NCBI GenBank assembly: GCA_050613775.1
Contig: JBODTK010000010.1
Location: 62,001-126,000 of the forward strand
Source: Neocallimastix sp. 'constans'
Taxonomy: Eukaryota
Length of the DNA: 64,000 nucleotides
Direction of reading: 5' to 3'
The notes under the pieces are model-generated. The model searched no databases and had not been told where the DNA came from. It worked only from the letters and a program-made list of their open reading frames with translations. Shown here piece by piece: positions 13,270-32,236 of the stretch. The first letter of the stretch is position 1. Each line of letters starts with the position of its first letter. Made by a program: the position numbers and the translations under genes.

Positions 13270-14808
13270 TTTTAAAAAATATATATATAAAAATTAAAGA
13301 AATGAATATACAGATACTTTTAATTTTATTTTAAAAGAAATATATATAAAATATTAAAATGTATTATTTTTGTAAAATAAAATAAAATAAAATAAAATTT
13401 TCATTAATAATTAAAATAATTATTTTAAAATACAAAGAAGAAAAAACTTATTCTATAGATATCTTCTGGTAAAATAATATTATACATATATATATCAGTT
13501 ATATCAATTATTAAAAAGTAAAAAGTTGAAGGGAAAATAATTAATAATTTAATTTATTTATTAATATAAATTGAAAAAAAAAAAAAAAAAAAAAAAAAAA
13601 TAGAAAGATAAAAAGATAGAAAGATAAAAAAAAAAAAAATTTAAAAATATAAAAAAATTGTGACATAAAAAAAAAATAATTATTACTCAATAATAATAAT
13701 AAATAACAAATAATGAATAATAATAATAAAATGATTGTATTGGTAATATTAATAATAATAAATAATAATAATAAAAAGATTGTATTTTGTAATATTAACA
13801 CTAAATAATAAATAATAATAATAAAATGATTGTATTTTGTAATATTAACACTAAATAATAAATAATAATAATAATAATAGTATCAAAAATATTAGTAATA
13901 GTGATAATAATTAAATTAATAATTGATAAAGTTCTTTAAATGGTAAAAGAAATGAGAAAAGAGTCAACATTTAAAAAAGAAAAAAAAATTTTTTTTATTT
14001 TTTTATACATTTTCAATATAACATCAATAAAAAAGAAATAAATTATTTATTTATTTATTTATCTGTTTATTTATTTATTTATTATTTATTTATCCAATTA
14101 TTTATTTATATATTTATTTATTTGTTTATTTATTTATTTATTTATTTATGTATTTATTTATTTATTTATTTATTTATTTCCTATTTTTAATATTGGATAT
14201 TAGATGGAAAAAAAAATATATTTGAAATGCGTTACACAGTCCATAAATTAAAATTCACCCATCAAACTAAAATTTTTAATTTTTTTTTAGTCAAACTTTA
14301 AATCATAATAAATTTTATTCATAATAAATTTTATATTAAAAAAAACAATTTCAACAACTAAAAATTATTAACAATTAAAATTTAAATTTAAAATTTTATT
14401 ATTTTTTTTTTTTTTAATATCCATTTTTTTTTTTTTTTTTGAATTAAAAAAATCAAATTTGTTTCATTTTAAATGATTATTTTAAATGGTTTTAATTTAC
14501 TGTTAAATTATTATTCACCATCACACCATCACCATCACCATCATTTAATATTGATTTATTTTATATTTATTTTATATTTATTTTATTTATTTATTTATTT
14601 TATTTATTTATTTTATTTATTTATTTTTTTATATTTATTTATTTATTTATTTTATATTTATTTTATTTTATTTTATATTTTATTAATATTAATATTTTAA
14701 AATTTTTTTTTATCATATGTGGTTTTATTTTTTATTTTTCTCCTCTAAATTAATTATTGTTCAATTTAATAATGAAATTTTAATATTTTAATGATTTAAT
14801 AAATTGGA

Positions 14809-14922
14809 TATATTTATTATATATTTATTATATATTTATTATATATTTATTATATATTTATTATATATTTATTATATATTTATTATATATTTATTATATA
14901 TTTATTATATATTTATTATATA
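14809..14922. repeat. 11-bp minisatellite (TATATTTATTA)n
   Basis: About 10 perfect tandem units. Confidence 0.85.
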
Positions 14923-15825
14923 TGAAATAAATTGTTTATTGAATATTTTTTAATTTTTTTTTTAATATTTTTAATAATAAATTTTGTTTAAATGTTACCC
15001 AAAAATAATAATAAAATAAAAAAAAAAAACAAGAAAATTTTTTTATTTTTTATTTTTATATTTTATATTTTACATCTTTTATTTTATATTTTTAATAATT
15101 AATTTTTTATTTTTTTTTAATTTTTTTTTCTGAGAAGTTTTTAATTATTAAAATAAAATTAAAAAAAAAAAAAAAAAATTTAATCTAAAAATTAGATTAA
15201 TTTGTAGAAGAATCTTATTAAATATAAAAAAAAGTATTTAAAATTTATACAAGAAAATATTCAAAGACGGCTATCGAGAAGAAATATTGATTTATTAATA
15301 AAATAAAAAAAAAATTAAAAAATAATAAAAATAATAAAAATATATATATATTTATTATTATTATTATTATTATTATTTTAATATTTTATTAAATATTATA
15401 TAAACAACTGTATATCCTGTTAATTTTTTATTTTATCTTATTTTTTTTTTTTTATTTTTTTAAAAAAATTTTATTTAAAAGAATAACAATATAAAGAAAA
15501 AAATAAAATAAAATAAAATGATTATATGTTCAATATGTTGAGTATTTTTTAAATAAATATAATCTATCAATTTATATTTAAAATAATTATAATAATAATT
15601 AATTTTTTTATTTTATAGTACATTATTTTAATTATTAATAATAATAGTTATAAAAATAAATATATGTATATATACATATATACATTTTATTAGATTTCAT
15701 CTTCAATTTCAATAATATATATATAAATCTATTAGTTTAAAATTATTTTTTTTTTTAAAAAAAAAATAATAATTATACCAATACTATTAATATTTAATAA
15801 TATTATTTTTAATTTTTATTTCATA

Positions 15826-16053
15826 AGAATAAAAGTAAATTGAAAATTATTACAATATTATTATATTACATTACAAATAAAATAATTTTATAAAAGTAAA
15901 TTATTTTATAAATTCAATCAAATATATATATATGTAACTTTTATTCAAAAGAATAAAAGTAAATTCAAAATTACTACAATATTATTATATTACATTACAA
16001 ATAAAAATAATTTTATAAAAGTAAATTATTTTATAAATTCAATCAAATATATA
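15826..16053. repeat. ~125-bp tandem duplication just upstream of the 7-TM gene
   Basis: agaataaaagtaaatt(g/c)aaaatta(t/c)tacaatattattatattacattacaaataaaaataat...ttcaatcaaatatata occurs at ~15826-15930 and ~15950-16053. Confidence 0.85.
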
Positions 16054-16147
16054 ATAGTAATATATATTCCTACTATTATTATCACTACTGTTGTAAAATT
16101 ATTTATATTTATATATATATATATAAATATAAATATATAGAGCAAAA

Positions 16148-16904
16148 ATGATTGAGGAAAAACATATAGATGATATATTTGGTACTTTTTTAAATATTAC
16201 AGTGGATATACTAGATAATGTTAACGATACACAGCACTATATACCAGGTTTAACATTTATTTTAGTACTCTATGTATACCAAATCATTGGCGAAGGAAGA
16301 GTTTGGAAGTATTTATTAAGTGCCACATTTTTTGGGTTTCTGGGCTCTCTATTGACAGCGGTGTTCAATGCTTGTAAAGGCTATTTTCCTCTTGATTATA
16401 TATTACAAATTAAATGGTTTGAGGCTATATCTTGGCATTTAAATGAATATGGCTATGTATATATCTCATATCTAAAATTACGAATTGTGGTTAATGAATT
16501 ACAAAAAAATTATTGGAAATATATTATGAATGGAGTCTTCCTATATAACTTAATCGTACGGTTAATAATTGCTACAGTAACCATAGTCGGAAGAAAAAAT
16601 AGTGCAGGGTCCCATTTATTAGGTTTTACTTTTTTTCCTTTGTCGATCGTTGAAATAGTATTCATGTTTTTAATTATTAAAACATTTATTAAACAAACCA
16701 ACGGAAGTAAAATTCAAAAAAGTATTATTAATACGATGATGACAAGCTCTCTAACTCGAATGTTTTTAGGTAAATATTCTTTATATTTTAATTTACATTA
16801 TATACTTAAATATTATTATACAATTATTAAAAATCATTTTATTTAATTGTTTGATTGTTTGTTTGATGGTTTGATGATTTGATTTTATATATATATATAT
16901 ATTA

Positions 16905-16943
<39 letters not shown>

Positions 16944-17441
16944 CATTTATTTAAAACTTAAAAAAAAATTTTTTTTTTTATATAAACTTTATATATTGAA
17001 TTACTATAATGTTAAATAGTTGGATTAATCTATTTACTCAGTTCTTGTGTCTGTTATTTCTATGCTCCACCTATATTGAAATCTGTAAAATCAGTGATAT
17101 GGAGAGCAAAAGCAGCGTTAGGATTAATATTTTTATTAGATTTATTATTTATTCGTATAGACATAACAACACAAATAAATGTAGGACCTTCCTTCAAACA
17201 TAAAATAAATGATAAAACTTCAAACGAACTAAATAGTGATTTATACCGTAGGGATATAATAAATAAAAATAGTAATGAAAGTAATGTTGAATCTGCCTTC
17301 AACATATTAACTGAAAAAAACACTAACAGTAGTAGTAATAATACTTTTCTATTTAGTTATCCAAAAATGAAGGATAGCAGACATTCTTTCGTAAATCTCA
17401 GTAGTATTAATTCAAATAGTATTTATTATAAATTACAATAA
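16148..17441 (+). CDS. Seven-transmembrane receptor-like (GPCR-like) protein, 2 exons (16148-16769, 17020-17441), ~347 aa
   Basis: Donor TTAG|gtaaat at 16769/70 and acceptor aaatag| at 17019/20 join the two track ORFs in frame (...SSLTRMFL-V-GLIYLLSSCVCYFYAPPILKSVKSVIWRAK...). Seven hydrophobic segments, a short N-terminus and an S/N-rich polar C-tail. The family assignment is inference. Confidence 0.8.
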
Positions 17442-17576
17442 TATATAACAATAGATGTACATATTATATAAATTTGTTTATTCATTCTCTCTAACCTAAT
17501 TAATATGAACTTGGTATTTTATATAGATGTTTAAATATTTATAGTTTGTTAAATAAAATAATATTATAGACTGAAT

Positions 17577-17610
<34 letters not shown>

Positions 17611-17743
17611 TTATAAAATTAGTAATTTTTTTTTTTTATAATTTTATTTATGACTATAAAAGAATATGAAATTAATGTTTAACCTATAACCACATAACAA
17701 CATTCAATTATATGTAAATCATACATAACAATATGTATTATTT

Positions 17744-17779
<36 letters not shown>

Positions 17780-18020
17780 CATTTAAAAAAAAAAAAAAAA
17801 AAAAAATAAAATTAAACAAATTAAAATTATCTTCTATCTTTGAAGAATTAATATATTTTTTTTTTATTCTATAAATAATACAGTAAAAAACGTTTTGTTA
17901 TTGAAAATATTCAGTTTGAAAATATTCTGTTTAATATTATTAATTATATAAATATAAAAGATATAAGAAAATAAAATAAATTAATATTATTAAATTAATA
18001 TTAAAAGAGTTATTTTTTAA

Positions 18021-18079
<59 letters not shown>

Positions 18080-18739
18080 GATATTTAAAATGTGTATATA
18101 TATAATGAAATAAATTAAATGAATAGTTAAAAACAAAGAAAAAAAAATTACAAAATTTTTGTAAATTGAAAATTTTTAAAAATAAAAATAACCATTAAAT
18201 AATTATTAAAGTTAAAAAAAAAAAAAAAAAAAAAAATCAATATTTTATAATAATTGATTAATAAAAATCTATTTTAAATTTAAAAATATTGCATGTAGTT
18301 ATACATATATATTTTATTTAGTTATTTATTTATATTTATTTATATTTATATATATATTTATATTTATATTTATATTTATATTTTTATTTATATTTTATTC
18401 AATCTGTACTTTTTATTACAACTTTTATTTTATTTTATTTCTTTATTTATATTAATTTATTTTTGGCTTAAATTTTGTTTTGGAAAAAAAAAAAAAAATT
18501 TGGAGATATTGATATTCATACAACTATTATAAATATAATATAATAAATATAATAAATATAATAAATATAATAAAAATTATAAATATAATAATTCACCTTT
18601 TATATATATAAAAATTGGGAGAAAATTATTACATCATTTAAATCAAAATATATATATATTTTTTTTTGCAACCATTTAAAATATTAATTCCATACAACAA
18701 ATAATAAAGAAATTTCTATAAAAAAAAAAAAAAAAAAAA

Positions 18740-18772
<33 letters not shown>

Positions 18773-18804
18773 TAATAAATAAATAAATAAATAAATAATA
18801 ATAA

Positions 18805-18847
<43 letters not shown>

Positions 18848-20204
18848 TTGTTTGTGAAATATATAAAATAAGCGTCAAATATATTTATAATGTGTTGACA
18901 CGTGTTGTATTAATTAAATGTATAAGCCACATATTATTCATATAAATACATGTAAACTCCTAGAATTATACTTTGAGAAATTCTTGAGTAAACTAAATAC
19001 CATAAAATATATTAATAAAGTTGACATAATTATAAACCATAAACTACAGACTGTTAATAGATTAAGAGTCTCTATGGCTCTAATCATGAAAACAAAATAA
19101 TGTTATCATTATTTTGTGATCTACCAAATTAAGCTACCCCGCCTGATATACATCATATACTATATGAGATGTTTTAGATACATCTAATACTAATGGTATA
19201 ATAATATTAAAATACTTTGTTTTAGGGGAAAATTATTAGATTTAAAAATATATATAAGAAATTAGTTTAGCAATAATTTTATTTAATTAAAGAATTAATA
19301 TAATGTAAAATTATTGTATTTATAAAAAAGTAAAGTTAGGTTAGAAAATAAATAATTTATTGTTTAATAATATCAAGTGTATAATATTAAAGAATAGACT
19401 TAATTAATTAAATAGATGCCTATTTAATAAAAATTATTTAAAATTTTAAAAAAAAAAATCCATCCTCAAAGGTATAGTCACCAATAATTTAATATTTCAT
19501 TAATAATATTTTTTTGATTTCATAATAATAATTTTTTTTTTTTTTTTTAGGTTACAGGAAATGCTCAAATTATTTTTTAAAAATATTTATCACAAATAAA
19601 AAAAAAAATTTATTTTTTAAAAATATTAAACACAAAAAAAAAATAATTAAAAAAAAATTTAAAAAAAAAAATAATTAAAAAAAAAATTTAAAAAAAAAAA
19701 AAATAATTAAAAAAAAAATTTAAAAAAAAAATAATTAAAAAAAAAAAATAATTAAAATAAAATAATATTTATATAAATATTTTTATATCCCTCTTTAGTT
19801 TTTTATTTTTTAATTTTTATTTTACTAAAAAATACATAACTTTTAAATTAATAATAGTAAAAAGAAAATAATAATATATATTTTTTATTAATAAAAAAAA
19901 AAAATTAAAAAGAAAAAATATTTAATTATACTCATATCGAATTTTCAAAAATTTATCATACCATATAGTGATAATACGAAAAAAAAAAAAAAAAAAAAAA
20001 AAAGTAAAAAAATACAGATAAAAAATATTATATAATAAAATATTATATTGTATAATGTAATAGAATAGAATAGAATTGAATAAAATTTATATAAATAAAA
20101 TATTACTAAAATTGAAAATAAAAAAAAATAAAGGAATTATTGAAGATGATATATCTGTTGTATATCAATTTTAATATAATATAATAGAAATGTTTGAAGC
20201 AAAC

Positions 20205-20676
20205 TTTAAATGAAAAAATCCATTGACAATGGTTTTGCTTTTTTATTTACAAATATTACCTTAAAAATATTAGAGGATGTTAATTAAACTCAATATTATT
20301 TGGCAGGAGTAACTTTTTCTACTGGTATTATATGTATCAATTGTAATTGATGTAGGAAAAACAATGGTGATATCTAATTGGGAACCACTTCATCTTATTT
20401 TTGTATGGTTTCACTTTTAAATCCATTATACGAAAGCATTATGACGGCATTTTCCACTGGATTATATATTTATTAATTTAATGGTTTTGAAGCTATATTT
20501 TATCATTTCAGTGAATATGGTTATGTTTTTTCATATCATATCATAAATTAAAAATATGTCGTTGAGGAACTTCAAAAGAAATATTGGGAATACATTATGA
20601 AAAGTTTTTTTTTTTTTTTTTTTTTATATTTATAATAATATTTTTAAGACTTTTAATTGCATTTGTAATGATAGTA

Positions 20677-20710
<34 letters not shown>

Positions 20711-22636
20711 ATTTTATAGAGAATATTAATAATGAATATCCAATGGATATAGGTATTATTTCAACAATGTTAAAAAGTTCACTAACAAGAATAATTTTTA
20801 GGTAAATAATTCAATATAATAATAATAGTAATAATAGTTATTATAATAATAATAATTATAATTATAAATAAAATTATAAAAAAAATAAAATAAAAAAAAT
20901 AAAAAAAAAATAAAAAAATAAAAATATATAAAAAATAATAATAATTATAATTATAAATAAAATTATAAAAAAAATAAAATAAAAAAATAAAAAAAAAATA
21001 AAAAAATAAAAATATATAAAAAATAAAAAAAAAATAAAATAAATAAATAAATAAAATAAAATAAAATAAAAAAATAAAAAAATAGAAAAATAGAAAAATA
21101 AAAAATTAATAAATATAAAAAAATAAAAAATGAAAAATGAAAAAATAAAAAAATGAAAAAATAAAAAAATAAAATAAAAAAAAGTTAAAAAATGAAAAAA
21201 AATAAAAAAAAAAATAAAAAAAAAATAAAAAAATAAAAAAATAAAAAAAATAAAAAAATAGAAAAATAGAAAAATAAAAAATTAATAAATATAAAAAAAT
21301 AAAAAATGAAAAATGAAAAAATAAAAAAATGAAAAAATAAAAAAATAAAATAAAAAAAAAGTTAAAAAATGAAAAAAAATAAAAAAAAATAAAAAAAAAA
21401 ATAAAAAAATAAAAAAATAAAAAAATAGAAAAATAAAAAATTAATAAATATAAAAAAATAAAAAATGAAAAATGAAAAAATAAAAAAAAAATAAAAAAAA
21501 AAATAAAAAAAAATAAAAAAGTAAATAAAAATAAAAAATAAAAATATAAAAAATAAAAATATATATATATATAAAAAATAAAAAAATAATTTTTTTTTTA
21601 TTTATAATTTTATGTTTCCTTTATAATAATAATTATATAATTTTTTTTTTTTTAAAAATTTTTTTATGAAATAATTTTTCCTCTATTATAATGATTATAT
21701 AATATTTTTTTTTTAATATAATTTTTCTTATTATATATATAAAAAAAAATTTTTTTTTTCTAATTTTATCATTTTTCCTTTATAATAATAGTTATATAAT
21801 ATATATATATATATTAATAAGAGTATTTACTCTGAAAATGAAGTTAAGACAGGCTAGTAGGACCATTGCCTCGGAAAGGAAGAAAACCATAATTCCTTTT
21901 AGATTTGTCAATTCAAACTTCGATTTGGAATAAGAATTCCCCATTTAAACAGAAATCTTATATTCTTGGAGGTGACGTTCGCTTGCCTATGAAGCTTTTT
22001 TTTTTTTTTTTTCTGAATTTATTTACACTTTATTTTGAATATTACTTTTTTACCTTTTTTTATTTCACATGACTATTTAAAATATTCATTAGGTTCAAAT
22101 TGGGAAAATAATATTTATTTATTTTTTTTTTTTATTTTTTTTTTTTTATTAATAATAATTTAGACATATATAATAAGTACCTTTCCCCAATTATGACCAT
22201 AACAGATATAACTGTTAAGTATTTTTTTTTTTTTCTTTTTTTTAAAGAAAACTGTCTTAGTTGAACAAAAATAATCAAAACAATAATAGGAATACAGTTA
22301 CTCCTCTTAATAGTCTAAGATTATCCAAAAGGGCTTTTGAAATTCCAAAAATGAAGAATTTCTTTTAAGTTAAAGAGATTATTATTGTTGTTCGTCATAA
22401 TAAATATCATCAAGAAACTAAATCCAAATGGAATCACTAATCTTGGAACAGCTGAAGATAAATTCAATAATGTTGAAATGTAAAGTAAAAAAATTAATGA
22501 TCCAAAAATATCTGCTGTTACAGCTGAACAATTACTTTATGGTCCAAATCCAGATTCAGATAGATATTACCTGAAGAAATTGCTAAATTATTAAAATGGT
22601 TATCTTCATTCCAAAAAAAATTCCATTACACAATGA

Positions 22637-22683
<47 letters not shown>

Positions 22684-22888
22684 GTGTTGGAAATGGATTG
22701 TGGACTACTTGAAGTTTTATTTGATACCAGGAGATGCCTTTTATTTTTAGTTTCGGGTCCATTTTGATGAAGGATTTGAAGAGCAGATTACTAAATATGA
22801 AGCTAAGAGTTTTATTCAATTCCAATTCAACATGAAGAAGATGCAGAAGATTGATTGCTTAAAAAGTTAGTGAAGAAATCATCATTAG

Positions 22889-22921
<33 letters not shown>

Positions 22922-23013
22922 TAAGAAATGCAAATAAAACCAGTTAAAAGAAATTAGTATTGCTAATTCAACTAATCCATTTGGAGGATGTTTATGGTGC
23001 TGAACAACTTTCT

Positions 23014-23044
<31 letters not shown>

Positions 23045-23433
23045 GTAATTTTGCCCAAGTCTCATGATCTTTTTCATTATTGGTGATGGTGATGAAAATA
23101 TATATATGGGAACTCTCAAATTAGGAAGATATGGTGTTATGGTGTCAGAAAATATATTGAAGAAGGTAAAAAAAAATAATGAAGAGAATGAAGGGTCATT
23201 GCAATTCGATGTCAACATTTTAAAGATGCTAAAAATTTTTGTTTTATTTTTGATGAATTTGGGTATGTTTTTAGCATAGTTTTAGCATCAAAACCCTATG
23301 TTGTTCATATATTAATAAATGTTCCAGAATGTTGATATATTGTATTTGTATGAAGAATTGAAAAAAGTAAATATTGATGGAAGACAATCAATTCACATCA
23401 ATATTTACTATTAGATCTTCCAGATCCCCCCCC

Positions 23434-23465
<32 letters not shown>

Positions 23466-23767
23466 TCATGGATAATGGGGAATTTTCTAAAGATTTTTGT
23501 TTTTTAAATGGATTAAGAATTGGAGTCACAATTTTTCTTACTCTGAGACAGTTATGACAGCTATTCAAAAAGATTTGCCTCTTAACTTGCATTCCAACAA
23601 CTATTGATAATTAATATTCTTGTCAATATTTTCATCAAATGAAAAATGGACTGATAATATTTCATATTTATAAATAACAATCGTAAAAATTATATAAGAG
23701 TTATAGTCACTTATCTAATTCTTTAAATGCACATAGTATTCCATATGTTAAAGGAGATTCTGGATTC

Positions 23768-23798
<31 letters not shown>

Positions 23799-23895
23799 TA
23801 TTAATTCTATTTTTTTTTTCTTGAAAAAAAAATATTCCTGTAATTAATATATGAATAAATAAATATAACGTTAAAAATTCACAATAATTGCCTCC

Positions 23896-23947
<52 letters not shown>

Positions 23948-24160
23948 AAATATTATAATTATAATCTTTCTTTTATAATACTAATTATATTAATAAAATT
24001 GGTTTAATATATATATATATATTTTTTTTTAGTTCACTAAGTATGCTACTCATCTTCTCCATCTCTATTAAAAGCTATTAAAAGGGGTTATTTGGAGAAT
24101 GAAAAGCAGTACTTTGAGTATCATTTTTACTTTTTTTCTTTTTTTATTAGGACTTAATAG
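20205..24160 (+). pseudogene. Decayed tandem paralogue of the 7-TM gene (exon 1 ~20205-20801, exon 2 remnant ~24030-24160)
   Basis: Fragments FTNITLKILEDVN*TQYYLAGVTF, HFPLDYI, FEAIFYHFSEYGYVF, VEELQKKYWEYIM and IISTMLKSSLTR followed by ttag|gtaaat (same intron position), and later SSPSLLKAIK..IWRMKSS, mirror the 16148 protein. It carries stops, frameshifts and poly-A/T insertions. Confidence 0.85.
21819..23897. mobile_element. ~2.1-kb dispersed repeat with decayed coding-like interior, inserted in the intron of the 7-TM pseudogene
   Basis: Shares its left ~300 bp and right terminus with 6775-7216. The interior 22160-23770 is GC-richer with broken reading frames. No transposase motif recognised. 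Confidence 0.55.
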
Positions 24161-24421
24161 TTATATGTATTGATTTTATAATAAAAAGATAAAAAAAAAA
24201 TATTGTATGAGCCAAGATGATGAATAAGTATATATATATATATATATTAGAAAAATTCACTAGAAAATAATTATTTTTATTTTGAATATATCTCAAACTG
24301 AAGGAAATGGTACACTATCTAATATAAAATAAACGTATATCAGAGGATCATAACTCAAAATACTTTTTTTTTTTTTTTCATCTACAATATTTTCATTTAA
24401 AGTTTAATTATACCATAAATG

Positions 24422-24455
<34 letters not shown>

Positions 24456-24655
24456 ATTTGAAATGAAATTAATGATTTAAATAAAATCTTTTATTGATAA
24501 TCATTATTTATTAAGTAAAAAAAAAAAAAAAATTAAAATTCTAAATTTTTTTTTATTAATATTATAATTTAAACGTTTATCATTAAATAAAAAATAAAAA
24601 ATAATTTAGAATGCACAGCTGAAAAAATATTAACTATTATTAATATTCCCCTCCC

Positions 24656-24715
<60 letters not shown>

Positions 24716-25002
24716 GATAATGATAATGATAATGTGATAATGATAATGATAATGATAATGATAATGATAATGATAATGATAATGATATACTGTTTATATA
24801 TTAATGATCAAAAGTTTATAGAGTTTTGCTTAATTTTAGAGAGTGTGGTATAATTTTCAATCTTGATAAATTTTATTATTATAATAAAGTTCAGGAATTA
24901 AAAAAAAAAAAAAAAAAAAAAATTAATTTTTTTTTTTTTTCACTCTTTATTATTTTTATAATTCATTATTTTTATAAATCTATTTTATTTGTTACTTTTA
25001 AC

Positions 25003-25376
<374 letters not shown>

Positions 25377-25486
25377 AAAATTTTTTATTACGAGATTTAG
25401 TGTTAGTATTATAGTTATTAATTATTAGTATAAAAGGTAGTTCATCTAATGAAAATTTTATTTTATTAGTTTTTGAATATTTTAAA

Positions 25487-25523
<37 letters not shown>

Positions 25524-25739
25524 ATTTCCAAAATAATTATTATTATTATTATTATTTATGTGTAACAATTGTGTTACATCATACATATTCTTTTCTATCC
25601 TAATAAATATGTAAAAAAAAAAATTTTTATAATTATTATGTAAAATTGAATTTAATAAAACTAAAGTTTTAAGACTTAAAATGTAAAATTATCACCTTTT
25701 ACTTCTTATTAATTAATTAATTAATTAATTAATTAATTA

Positions 25740-26480
25740 ATATTTTATTATTTATTATTTATTATTTATTATTATTTATTATTATTTATTATTTATTATT
25801 CATTATTTATTATTCATTATTTATTATTTATTATTTATTATTTATTATTTATTTATTATTTATTATTTATTATTTATTATTTATTATATATTATTTATTA
25901 TTTATTATTTATTATTTATTATTTATTATTTATTATTCATTATTTATTATTTATTATTTATTATTCATTATTTATTATTTATTATTTATTATTTATTATT
26001 TATTATTTATTATTTATTATATATTATTTATTATTTATTATTTATTATTTATTATTTATTATTTATTATTTATTATTTATTATTTATTATTTATTATTCA
26101 TTATTTATTATTTATTATTTATTATTCATTATTTATTATTTATTATTTATTATTTATTATTTATTATTTATTATTTATTATATATTATTTATTATTTATT
26201 ATTTATTATTTATTATTTATTATTTATTATTTATTATATATTATTTATTATTTATTATTTATTATTTATTATTTATTATTTATTATTTAATTATTTATTA
26301 TTTATTATTTATTATTTATTATTTATTATTTATTATTTATTATTTATTATTTATTATTTATTATTTATTATATATTATTTATTATTATTTATTATTTATT
26401 ATTCATTATTTATTATTCATTATTTATTATTCATTATTTATTATTTAATTATTCCAATATTTATTATTTAATTATTTAAT
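25740..26480. repeat. (TTATTTA)n 7-bp satellite
   Basis: Seen directly. The same unit occurs at 34740-34850 and 46650-47330. Confidence 0.9.
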
Positions 26481-28080
26481 GAAATACCAAATATAATTGT
26501 GTTTAATCTTTAAAATAAAAGAAAAAAAAAAAAAAAAGATTATTCTCGAGTCAACAAACATCAATAAGGTGTAGTTTTTAATTCAGATGAAATTGAAGCA
26601 ATCCACGACGTTGAAGGGAGTTTCAACATTTATTTCAGAAAAAAAAAAAAAAAGTTCATATTCAATTTTTTATTTTATTCAAATTTTATTTATTTATTCC
26701 TTTATATATTCATTTATTATTATTCATTTATTTTAAAAAATATATATAAAAAAAAAAAAAAGTTCGAAACGTATCCCAAAAATGAAATAAATTTGGACAA
26801 ATGAATGTTTTTTTTTTTTTTTTTTTTAGTTACATATTAAAAATATAAATTAAGAATAAATTAAAAATAAATTAAATCAAAAATAATAAAATTAAATTAA
26901 AATTTTTTTTTTTTTTTCTTTGTTTCATTTTTAATTTATATCTATTGATTCATTTTTCCTTTATCTGTAAATTATATTTCTTTCTATCATTTTAAATTTA
27001 TTTCTTTTCATTTTTAAGCTATAAATATAATAAATATAATGAAAAAGTTTTTTTTTACAGAAAATGATAAACTCTTTTTTTTTTTTTTTTTTTTAAAAAA
27101 AGATATAAATATTGACATCTCTACTAAAGTAAAAATTTTCTCCTCTTTTTTTCTTTTTTTTTTTTTTTTTCTATTTAGTTTAAATATTATTCAAGTTATT
27201 TTAATTACTTATTAAATATATGGATAATTTATTTTATTTACTATTGTCAAATATTCAATCCATTTAATAATAATATTTAATATATTTTAAACTTTTTTTT
27301 TTTTATTTTAATTTTTATTTTTATTTTAATTTTTATTTTTCTTTTTTTTATTTTAATTTTGTTTTATACATAATAATTATTATAATCAATATAATAATAT
27401 TATTTAATATATTATTTATATTATTTAATATAATTTTAATTGTTTTATCATGGTTTATATGTTTTATATTTAAAAAATAATTATTTTTTTTTTTTTATAC
27501 ATTATTGAATATCTTTCAAATATGATGAAATGTGAAATGAAATGTTAATATATAAAAATTATATATATAACTTTATATTTTTTTCCATCATAATATTTAT
27601 ATAATAATTATAATTAATTTTTTTTTTTTTTTTTTTTTTTTTGGTTGTGATATTTTAACTTAATTTAATATATTTATATATATATATTTTTTTTTTTTTT
27701 TTTAATTTTTTTTTTCATGATATCTAATATAAATAATAATAATAATTTTATATAATATATATATATATTTTTTTAATAATGATTTAATTTTGCTTAATTT
27801 TCATTTCCCATTCAACAAAACATAGTCTTTTTTTTTTTAATTGTATATTTAATAAATTTTTAATATTTGTTAATATTTTAATTTAATTTAAAATATGTAT
27901 ATAAATAATAATATATATCTATATAATTATTATTATTATTATTTTTAAAAAATTTTACTTAATAATATATATGTGAATATATGTAAAAAAAATTTTTTTT
28001 TATTTTATTTTATTTTATATATTTTTTTGTTTGTTTGTTTGTTTGTCCTTATTAAATTTATTTACCTAAAATTCCGTATT

Positions 28081-32236
<4,156 letters not shown>

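Noticed and set aside
6910..14700. Short F/L/I/Y/K-rich ORFs (6910, 11175, 13541, 14473; similarly 18684, 39244, 41546, 41980, 45773, 47809, 49592)
   Set aside because: Low-complexity translations of AT-rich tracts with no motifs or splice support.
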